From Balneola sp. (GTDB lineage: Bacteria > Bacteroidota > Rhodothermia > Balneolales > Balneolaceae): 32,000 nt of DNA. Position 1 is the stretch's first letter. Every line of letters starts with the position of its first letter. The position numbers and the translations under genes are program-made. Where the stretch lies: NCBI GenBank assembly GCA_002720745.1, contig PBJO01000022.1:1-32000 (forward strand), read 5' to 3'. The notes under the pieces were generated by a model. It searched no databases and was not told the origin of the DNA. It saw only the letters and a list, made by a program, of their open reading frames with translations. Positions 10,033 through 17,268 of the stretch are shown one piece after another.

Positions 10033-10050
10033 AATGTATTTAAATACATT
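10033..10050. promoter_or_regulatory. Perfect 18-bp palindrome AATGTATTTAAATACATT, a candidate operator upstream of fdxA
   Basis: Verified base by base as its own reverse complement. It lies ~100 bp upstream of the fdxA start in a 337-bp intergenic region. Confidence 0.35.
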
Positions 10051-10151
10051 ATATGCCCATAGATTTTTACAATAATTTGGATTGTATCTAATCAAATTCG
10101 GCTGCATATTTTACCTCTTTAATTCAAGAACAACTCATTCTATTTTCCGCT

Positions 10152-10487
10152 ATGCCTTACGTTGTTACAGAACCATGTATTAAATGTAAATACACCAACT
10201 GTTCGGCGGTTTGCCCCGTTGATGCTTTTCGAGAAGGACCCAATTTTTTGGTCATAGATCCTAATGAGTGCATTGACTGTGATGCATGTGTTTCAGAATG
10301 TCCTGTTGAGGCTATTTACCCAGATGATGAAGTACCCGAAAAGTGGGAGCATTTTATTGATTTGAATGAACGCCTTGCCGAAGAGTGGGAAGATAATGTT
10401 ATCAATGAAACTAAGGATGCATTACCTGAGGCAGATGAGTGGGCAAATAAAGAGGACAAAGATGATCAGCTCCAAGAAAAGTGGTAA
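10152..10487 (+). CDS. fdxA: 7Fe-type ferredoxin (one [3Fe-4S] and one [4Fe-4S] cluster), FdxA-like
   Basis: [25 protein letters not shown] followed by [17 protein letters not shown] is the classic Azotobacter-type ferredoxin I cysteine pattern. The C-terminal tail is acidic. Confidence 0.9.
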   Translation: MPYVVTEPCIKCKYTNCSAVCPVDAFREGPNFLVIDPNECIDCDACVSECPVEAIYPDDEVPEKWEHFIDLNERLAEEWEDNVINETKDALPEADEWANKEDKDDQLQEKW

Positions 10488-10532
10488 AGTTGCTGAGTGA
10501 GGTAGTTTTGTATACATCATCCTACTAAAACT

Positions 10533-11372
10533 ATGCTAGCTCTTGACCTTTTTCTTGCTAAACAACATCCATCTATTATGGGAGTACTTAACGCGACTCC
10601 AGATTCCTTTAGTGATGGAGGAAAATTTAATCGAATAGATGCTGCTTTGCAACGTATTGAAGAAATGATACAACAAGGAGCTACGATTATTGATATAGGA
10701 GGAGAATCCACCCGGCCCTATGCCCCTGTTGTTGAAGAATCAGAAGAAACAAATAGAGTTATACCTATTTTAGAAAGTGCAGTATCTCGATTTTCCGATC
10801 AGGTACTTTTTTCTATTGATACCACGAAATATGGGGTAGCAGAGCGTGCCTTAAATGCTGGAGCCTTAATTGTAAATGACGTAAGCGGACTTCAGAAGTC
10901 TCCAGCAATGGCAGGATTAGTAGCTTCATTTAATGCGGCATATATTCTTGTGCATGCCCAAGGAAGCCCCCAGGATATGCAAAACAACCCAAGTTACATG
11001 CATACAGTTACAGATATTGTAAATTTTTTAGCACAACGAAGCCTGCTTCTACAGCGGGAAGGAGTAGAGCATATTATTGTAGATCCTGGTATAGGGTTTG
11101 GAAAGACCCTGAATCATAATCTGCAGATTATTGCAGGACTTGACAAAGTGGTAGAAATTGGCTTTCCTGTATTATTAGGAGCTTCTCGAAAATCTATGTT
11201 TGACCAATTGTTAGACGGTCGTGAGGTAGAAGGGCGATTGGCAGGAACGCTTGCAGCACATTATCACGGATTAATGCAGGGAGTGCGTATATTACGCGTA
11301 CATGACGTACAAGAAGCTAGTGATAGTGTACAGGTGTTTAAAGCCTTACAAGTAGCTAAACAAACAGAATAG
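10533..11372 (+). CDS. folP: Dihydropteroate synthase
   Basis: IMGVLNATPDSFSDGG, IIDIGGESTRP, VNDVSG, DPGIGFGK and LGASRKS are hallmark FolP motifs. Confidence 0.92.
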   Translation: MLALDLFLAKQHPSIMGVLNATPDSFSDGGKFNRIDAALQRIEEMIQQGATIIDIGGESTRPYAPVVEESEETNRVIPILESAVSRFSDQVLFSIDTTKYGVAERALNAGALIVNDVSGLQKSPAMAGLVASFNAAYILVHAQGSPQDMQNNPSYMHTVTDIVNFLAQRSLLLQREGVEHIIVDPGIGFGKTLNHNLQIIAGLDKVVEIGFPVLLGASRKSMFDQLLDGREVEGRLAGTLAAHYHGLMQGVRILRVHDVQEASDSVQVFKALQVAKQTE

Positions 11373-11472
11373 AATATTAGCTCTTGTATGAGTATTTTCT
11401 AGCTATATATTCGGTTGGTCGAAGCTATGCCTATGACACGAGATATTATTAATCGTAAACTACCTTTTTGAA

Positions 11473-12288
11473 TTGAATCCTCTAGGTTTTCTCGATTTTG
11501 GATTATTAGATTTTTTAGAGACATTAGTTATTGCAGGAGCTTTAGTTGGTGTCTATCGTTGGATCCGTGGAACCTACGCTATACGTGCGGGTGTGGGTAT
11601 TTTATTTCTGTTACTTATAAATTTCATTATTCGATTATTTGGATTCACCACTATCGATTTTATTCTAAGTGCAATTCTTGATGTTGGTATTCTAGCCGTA
11701 TTTATAATTTTTCAGCCCGAAATAAGAAGTCTTTTGTACCGAATAGGGCAGAATCCATCTATTCGGTTATTTGGCGGTAAGTCCAGCACTGAGCAGGTTA
11801 TCGATGAGGTTATAAATGCAGTTAAGTATATGTCGAAAGAGTATATTGGGGCCCTTATTGTATTTGCTCCTCCATCTGGCGCCTTGAATTTTGACAACAC
11901 TGGGACACAACTCGACTCGGCGGTAAAGCAGAAATTATTGGTGAGTATTTTTAGAAAAGAATCCCCTTTACACGATGGTGCTGTTATTATCCGTAATAAC
12001 CGCATTACTGCGGCAGGTTGCTTTTTATCTTTATCCGAAAATCCTAATCTAAGTAAATCTTTAGGCACTCGTCACCGAGCTGCAATTGGTATGTCCGAAA
12101 ATAACAATATGTTTGTTATTGTCGTCTCAGAAGAAACTGGACGTATATCAGTAGCTCAAAACGGTAATTTAAATAGTGGACTTAGTATCCAACGCCTCCG
12201 TAAAGAAATGGAGAGTAGTTTTTCTTTGACAAAGTTTAAAGAAGAAGTGGCTTTTTCAGCGCCACAGAATGAAATGAATCTAAAATAA
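11473..12288 (+). CDS. cdaA: Diadenylate cyclase (c-di-AMP synthase), membrane-anchored CdaA/DacA type
   Basis: Three N-terminal TM helices are followed by a DAC domain with DGAVII, GTRHRAAIGMSE and VSEETGRISVAQNG. The TTG start at 11473 is forced: an in-frame stop sits at 11434-11436 and there is no ATG or GTG between. folP-cdaA adjacency is a common arrangement. Confidence 0.88.
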   Translation: MNPLGFLDFGLLDFLETLVIAGALVGVYRWIRGTYAIRAGVGILFLLLINFIIRLFGFTTIDFILSAILDVGILAVFIIFQPEIRSLLYRIGQNPSIRLFGGKSSTEQVIDEVINAVKYMSKEYIGALIVFAPPSGALNFDNTGTQLDSAVKQKLLVSIFRKESPLHDGAVIIRNNRITAAGCFLSLSENPNLSKSLGTRHRAAIGMSENNNMFVIVVSEETGRISVAQNGNLNSGLSIQRLRKEMESSFSLTKFKEEVAFSAPQNEMNLK

Positions 12289-12319
12289 ATTAGGCTTGGT
12301 AACCATCACCTGCTCTCCA

Positions 12320-13663
12320 TTACCCAGAGTTACGTTCTAAGAAGTGAGTATTTCCTTGTACTCTGTAAAGACTTCTAGCAGTCTGAACGGTACCTTTTCC
12401 GTAACGATTATTAATTCGATCAATGGCCTGATAGCGCTGAATATGTTCGGCTTCGTCCCGGAAAAAAAGATTCATTTGGCTAGTTTTGTCCATATTTTGA
12501 GTGCTTATAGTTAGATTACGAATAGCTATTTTTCGGTGGCAGAAGGATTCAATGAGTTCAGCTAATTCTTTCATACATTCATCATACACATATTTGGTAA
12601 TATAAGTAAAACTAGGAGTGACAAAGCGAAATCCTATGTTAGGATAGTTATTTTTATCAAATCCAATATGCCCTCCAAAACTACTCGAACGAATACTATA
12701 GGCCCGCATTCGGTAGCAGATCATTTCGATTCCAATAGCTAGTTCACCTTTGATGGCTTCTGGGTCGGTGCTTCCTTCGGAAAAGGTATGGCCATAACTA
12801 ACACCCCACTTAGGTGAATATTCATAATTTTCTTCGAGTATTCGACCTTGGTCCTGCCCAGTAATCGTTTCAAAAAGCATACGCCCAAAATGTGGCCCAA
12901 ATAAACGTATAAAGGTGTTGGGTTCATTGTGTTTGACCACATCTCGTATGCGCTGATACCCTTCGGCTAGGAGATGCTCATAACGCCTGCGCCCTACACC
13001 CCAAACTTCCTTAAGCGGTAATGGGTGTATATACATTCGTTCATCTTCATTACTCAGAACAAGAGAAATACCTTTAGGCTTATTTAAGCCGCTGGCTAGC
13101 TTAGCATAGGTTTTGGATCGAGCTATTCCAATAGACCCATATAGTCCTGTGGTTTCCACGATGTCGCGCTGCAGTTGTTGAGCAAATGTCTGGATTTGAA
13201 GCTCTTCTTTAGCTAAAAGGAAACTTGCGTCCATGAAATACTCATCCATTGAATAGCGCTCTATTTGATGTGAATATCGATTCATGATATGATGTACCTG
13301 CGTTGATATAGCGGTATAACTAGCATAGTCTACTTGAAGCATGCAAATGTAAGGGCAGCGCTTATAGGCCTCATAGGCGCTCATTCCTGTCTTAATACCC
13401 ATAGAACGTGCTTCATAAGAAGAGGTGGCTACAATACCTTTAACAGTTCCATTTTCTTTTCTCCATCCACCTATAATCAGAGGAACTCCATACATATTCT
13501 TTCGGAGTTGCTCTACTTGTGCGTAAAAGCAGGCAAAGTCAAAATGCAGGTATAATCGGTTTTTACGATGGCGATGTTGGTGTTCTGGATACACCGTATT
13601 GTAGAGAGTAATACGATGTACATCTTGTTCAGCTTGGTAAGAAAAGTCATTTTTTTTAGGCAT
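12320..13663 (-). CDS. Y-family translesion DNA polymerase, UmuC-like with a DUF4113-like C-terminus
   Basis: LHFDFACFYAQVEQ (catalytic Asp), SSYEARSMGIKTGM, YSMDEYFMD (catalytic D-E) and an HhH GVGRRRYEHL. The C-terminal IDRINNRYGKGTVQTA resembles the UmuC/ImuB C-terminal box. A ~35-aa N-terminal extension is His/Arg-rich. Confidence 0.85.
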   Translation of the reverse strand: MPKKNDFSYQAEQDVHRITLYNTVYPEHQHRHRKNRLYLHFDFACFYAQVEQLRKNMYGVPLIIGGWRKENGTVKGIVATSSYEARSMGIKTGMSAYEAYKRCPYICMLQVDYASYTAISTQVHHIMNRYSHQIERYSMDEYFMDASFLLAKEELQIQTFAQQLQRDIVETTGLYGSIGIARSKTYAKLASGLNKPKGISLVLSNEDERMYIHPLPLKEVWGVGRRRYEHLLAEGYQRIRDVVKHNEPNTFIRLFGPHFGRMLFETITGQDQGRILEENYEYSPKWGVSYGHTFSEGSTDPEAIKGELAIGIEMICYRMRAYSIRSSSFGGHIGFDKNNYPNIGFRFVTPSFTYITKYVYDECMKELAELIESFCHRKIAIRNLTISTQNMDKTSQMNLFFRDEAEHIQRYQAIDRINNRYGKGTVQTARSLYRVQGNTHFLERNSG

Positions 13664-13724
13664 AAACTACTCTACTATTGATATGTACAATATATGTGCT
13701 TAATTTAAAATGACCAAATGAAAA

Positions 13725-14372
13725 TTGGTCATGAATAACTTTCCACTTATAGAAATGCTCACTTTTTTTCCCCGCTATTCAGAGGTGCATACTTTTGATT
13801 GGAGGCATCGTTATGTACGGAAGGTGCGTCAAATTAGGTCCTGTCATACTAAGATGCTGGGAGGAGTACCGCATTCATTTTTTAGTATTACAACTCAACA
13901 TGGGGAAGTCATGGATATGCGATTTAATCACGATGAATTACTCTGGGATATAGTAGCACTGCCTGGATCCGATTCACCTGTACATAGCGAAGATGAATCG
14001 CGTCTAGTTATTGATCGGGTATTGGTACACCAGCAACGACACAAACACCAGCCTTCGCTGGCTCACCGTATGTGCCCTATTCGTTTTGAGTGGCTTCCTT
14101 ATGCTCAATGTCTACGGCAGAGCCCTATTGAACATGCCAAAATAGACCGTATGCATCCGTATCGTTTTTTAAAAGGGAAAAACAGTTCCTATCAAATCCA
14201 CAGCGTAGAAACGCGTCATTTAGAAGATGTTATGGTTACTCGGCACTTACATTATATTGTTGAGGATACCGAACGTCGGTTCTATCATGTAGTATACATA
14301 CTGGATCAAGGAGATTGGCGCTTTATACAAGAAGTAGATGAGCAGTTCTTATTTCATCGGCCTGCACCTTAA
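13725..14372 (+). CDS. Hypothetical His/Arg-rich protein, divergent from the polymerase gene
   Basis: A 648-nt open frame in an AT-rich genome with no competing ORF. I recognise no motif in it. The TTG at 13725 is followed by an ATG at 13731, which is the more likely start (MNNFPLIE...). Confidence 0.5.
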   Translation: MVMNNFPLIEMLTFFPRYSEVHTFDWRHRYVRKVRQIRSCHTKMLGGVPHSFFSITTQHGEVMDMRFNHDELLWDIVALPGSDSPVHSEDESRLVIDRVLVHQQRHKHQPSLAHRMCPIRFEWLPYAQCLRQSPIEHAKIDRMHPYRFLKGKNSSYQIHSVETRHLEDVMVTRHLHYIVEDTERRFYHVVYILDQGDWRFIQEVDEQFLFHRPAP

Positions 14373-14392
14373 AAGCGAGTCAAACAGTACTA

Positions 14393-15109
14393 TTAGAATA
14401 AACGTAACTCGGGTTGAATAAGATGGGGGCTGTTGTTACGTACGTTCCCAACAGCGGTAGAAACGATGTGACTCTTTAGGCTATCGTCGGGGTAAGGATC
14501 CAATAGATAATTTAAACTATTAAAATCTTGTTTTGGATCCAACCATGTGCCCCATTCAGATGGATCTAAAAAAACTGGCATCCGATCATGAATGTTTTGC
14601 ATGGTTGTATTGGATTTTGTGGTTAAAATGGAAAACGAATAATAGGAACCCAAAGGACTTAGGGGAGAATAAAAACCAGCTGCAAAAAGAACAGAGTTAT
14701 TGGATGCTTGTATATAGTGGGGGCTTTTATTTCCTTTTGCACCTGACCACTCATAAAATCCATTCATAGGAATAAGGCATCGCTGCGTAGATACTGATCG
14801 CCACATAGATTTTTCTACAATTTCTTCGGATCGGGTATTAATGGGTAACAGGGGCCGACTTCCTGCCTTCGGTTTCCAACCCATAAATCCCCAGTGCATA
14901 AGAATCTGAATAAATTGGTTGGTACTGGTGTTAAGTGAAAGAATAACCGGCACAATATGGCTGGGTGCTATATTATAAGAAGGTAATGTGCGGCCAGTTT
15001 CTTGTAGACACTCATTTTTAAAAATCCCTTCTGTTTCGTTTGGTTGTGAAGATCCACTTAATGCGTCTATGGTATTAAAATCACTAAAAAGAGTGTATCG
15101 TCCACACAT
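14393..15109 (-). CDS. SOS-response-associated peptidase (SRAP/YedK/HMCES family), an abasic-site DNA-protein crosslinking protein
   Basis: N-terminal MCGRY (catalytic Cys2), INTRSEEI, RCLIPMNGFYEW and HDRMPVFL are canonical SRAP motifs. Confidence 0.9.
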   Translation of the reverse strand: MCGRYTLFSDFNTIDALSGSSQPNETEGIFKNECLQETGRTLPSYNIAPSHIVPVILSLNTSTNQFIQILMHWGFMGWKPKAGSRPLLPINTRSEEIVEKSMWRSVSTQRCLIPMNGFYEWSGAKGNKSPHYIQASNNSVLFAAGFYSPLSPLGSYYSFSILTTKSNTTMQNIHDRMPVFLDPSEWGTWLDPKQDFNSLNYLLDPYPDDSLKSHIVSTAVGNVRNNSPHLIQPELRLF

Positions 15110-15125
15110 TAAATAAAAAAGCAGT

Positions 15126-15788
15126 TTAGTAAAAAATCCGAAGTACGATTCGTCTATTTTTTGCGCGATTTTCTACGATGTTTTGTCCAAATTCGTCAGT
15201 ATGGGGTGCAGTAGGTAAGGGTTGTGTATCTGCATATCCTGATGCTTTGAGATTGGAAGCTTTGTATCCTTGATTAACAAGAAATTTAACTACCTCAGAG
15301 GCTCTAGCAACAGAAAGTTCCCAGTTAGAAGGAAATCTTAGCGTATTTATAGGAACATTATCTGTATGCCCTTCGATATCTACCTTAAAATTGTAAAATG
15401 ATAATCCATTTAGAGCGTCAGATACTTTACGAATAATACCCTCGCCTGAGGGTAACAATTCGGCGCCACCTGAGATATAGAGTGAACTACTATTAAATGT
15501 CATCACAATCTCTTTGGTAGTCAAATCAATGTTAACTAAGCCTTGATTACGTTCAGGGGTTAGAACAGAATCAAGATCAGCTTTAATTTCTGCTAATGGT
15601 GTTTTTTGTATTTCAGTACCCGTGACTTCTGATCGCATACCTTCTTTCATTTGGTCCCAAAGGGCTTGATCAGGGGTACTTGAAGCAATTAGAATAGCAA
15701 AAAATGCAAGCAGTAAAGTGATCATATCACTGTATGTAAGAAGATATTCAAGATCTTCTTCTGCTTCTTCGATTTCATTAGCGCTCAT
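15126..15788 (-). CDS. motB: MotB-family stator subunit with an OmpA-like peptidoglycan-binding domain
   Basis: N-terminal YLLTYSDMITLLLAFFAIL holds the conserved channel Asp (D21) within the single TM. The C-terminus carries GHTDNVPI...NWELSVARASEVVKFL...NRRIVLRI, the OmpA_C-like signature. Confidence 0.85.
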   Translation of the reverse strand: MSANEIEEAEEDLEYLLTYSDMITLLLAFFAILIASSTPDQALWDQMKEGMRSEVTGTEIQKTPLAEIKADLDSVLTPERNQGLVNIDLTTKEIVMTFNSSSLYISGGAELLPSGEGIIRKVSDALNGLSFYNFKVDIEGHTDNVPINTLRFPSNWELSVARASEVVKFLVNQGYKASNLKASGYADTQPLPTAPHTDEFGQNIVENRAKNRRIVLRIFY

Positions 15789-15824
15789 AACAAACTTATT
15801 TAAATTGTTATTCTACTAGGATTT

Positions 15825-16643
15825 TTATTCTTTGTCTTTACTTTTACCATCTTTCTTTTTGAAGTCACGCTGTAAAAAAGTGCTAAGTTTATCCTGAACA
15901 TAAAATGCTGTTTTCTTTTCATTAATTAAAATGATTCCTTCGAGCATGAAAGTTTCTCTAAAACGATTTATAGAGGCTGAATTTTTAATTTTCTCAGCAA
16001 CAGGATAAAAAATGAATCGAGAGAGTATAATTCCATATAGTGTAGTCATTAAAGCAGCTGCAAGTCCAGGCCCCATGGCAGAAGGATCGTCCAAGTTACT
16101 TAGCATATCAATTAAACCAAACAATGTACCAAACATACCAAAGGCAGGGGCTGCTCCACCCATCGCTCGAAGAACATCAACAACAACCATTTGCCTAAAA
16201 AAATTTTCTTGGATATGATTAGTTCCGAATTGACGAATGTCGTCACTTGAATAATTGGTACTTAAAAGAGAAAAAAGATATCCTTCTAAGTACCCACCTC
16301 GTTCTTCTTCTAATCTATCTAATGCATTAACTCTATCTTTTCTGATTTCATCATTCCATTCAACAATTGATTCAAAATCTCTTTGGAGAGATTTTTTGTT
16401 TGCACCTGCTTGACTAAAAAAGTATCTCACCCCAGCTAAAGCTTTATTTACATACCTTGATTGAAACGTTATATAAGAGGCCATAAGAACCCCACCTATA
16501 ACAATAACCATACTAGGTATATTCACAAATTGGGTGTTAATGCCATCAGTATAAGTTGTGGTTTTGATTGTCTCCAATACACCAAAAATTATCATTGCTA
16601 AACTAATGACTGTACCGATCATTGAGCCAATTGAAAATTTCAT
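15825..16643 (-). CDS. motA: MotA-family proton-channel stator subunit (MotA/TolQ/ExbB superfamily)
   Basis: Four predicted TM helices with a long TM2-TM3 cytoplasmic loop. GGAAPAFGMFGTLFGLIDML...GLAAALMTTLYGIILSRFIFYPVAEKI matches the MotA TM3/TM4 signature, including both conserved prolines. Confidence 0.85.
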   Translation of the reverse strand: MKFSIGSMIGTVISLAMIIFGVLETIKTTTYTDGINTQFVNIPSMVIVIGGVLMASYITFQSRYVNKALAGVRYFFSQAGANKKSLQRDFESIVEWNDEIRKDRVNALDRLEEERGGYLEGYLFSLLSTNYSSDDIRQFGTNHIQENFFRQMVVVDVLRAMGGAAPAFGMFGTLFGLIDMLSNLDDPSAMGPGLAAALMTTLYGIILSRFIFYPVAEKIKNSASINRFRETFMLEGIILINEKKTAFYVQDKLSTFLQRDFKKKDGKSKDKE

Positions 16644-16646
16644 TTG

Positions 16647-17255
16647 TTACTGTCCTCCACGGATCTCTTGTATTAAAGTTTCTAATTCAGGGATACTAGG
16701 GATTGGAATATTTGGATCCATTTGGACTGCTCGATTCCAATTAGCGCGGGCTGCCGTAATATTTTCTAACATAAAAAAAACAGTTCCTTTCAGGGCATAG
16801 GCGTCTGCGGTCTCTTGTATTTCAAGGGTTTTGTCAACAAATTCTAATGACTGTCGATATTCTCCCAAATAGAATAAATCTTGGGCTTTTCGAAAGTTAG
16901 TAAGTAGAGACTGTATATCCCTAGCTCTATTTTGTACAAGACTAGAGTCGATTACTACGATGGAATCTTTATCGACCGGTCTCATACCTCTTAAATCTAA
17001 ATAAAATTGTTCTCTAGACGGGTCTAGTTTAATCTGAATATTTGAACTTTCATTTAAATAATTAACAGTAATGACCTCTTTGGAAGGTGAATTATCTGAA
17101 TCAATAGAACTCGTTATACGAGGTGAATTTGAAAGTGCTCTTGGATTTGGATTCGTAGGCTGACTATTTGAACTGCTTGATATAGACTGCGGTGTTGCAC
17201 ATCCAATATGCATAACGATAAAAAGCACAATTATTGTTGTGAATTTTTTTTCCAT
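16647..17255 (-). CDS. TPR-containing lipoprotein (periplasmic)
   Basis: The likely start is the Met at 17255 (MEKKFTTIIVLFIVMHIGCATP, lipobox HIGC). The ORF-track start at 17297 would overlap the upstream gene. A Ser/Pro/Asn-rich linker is followed by C-terminal TPR-like helices (AQDLFYLGEYRQSLEFVDKTLEIQETADAYALKG...ANWNRAVQMDPN). Confidence 0.7.
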   Translation of the reverse strand: MEKKFTTIIVLFIVMHIGCATPQSISSSSNSQPTNPNPRALSNSPRITSSIDSDNSPSKEVITVNYLNESSNIQIKLDPSREQFYLDLRGMRPVDKDSIVVIDSSLVQNRARDIQSLLTNFRKAQDLFYLGEYRQSLEFVDKTLEIQETADAYALKGTVFFMLENITAARANWNRAVQMDPNIPIPSIPELETLIQEIRGGQ

Positions 17256-17268
17256 GAAAAATAGGCTA

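Noticed and set aside
9916-10107. A 63-aa minus-strand ORF in the fdxA upstream intergenic region.
   Set aside because: It is Tyr/Asn/Lys-rich with no motif and no plausible start context. It spans the AT-rich promoter and palindrome region, so I treat it as non-coding.
11712-12068. A 118-aa minus-strand ORF inside cdaA. Comparable shadow ORFs lie inside smc (28699-29040, 26757-26963), the mutase (23571-25503), frr, pyrH, tsf, and the polymerase and SRAP genes.
   Set aside because: All are embedded antisense or out of frame in genes with strong family signatures. They are typical shadow ORFs.
15126-16643. Alternative identities for the MotA/MotB pair: ExbB/ExbD, TolQ/TolR, or the ZorA/ZorB anti-phage Zorya system.
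   Set aside because: The B subunit has the MotB-type N-terminus and an OmpA-like PG-binding domain, which ExbD and TolR lack. No TonB or TolA gene is nearby. As I recall it, ZorA is much longer because of a long C-terminal tail, and it comes with ZorC/ZorD-type genes that are absent here. The neighbouring FliG-like protein points to a MotAB-type stator.
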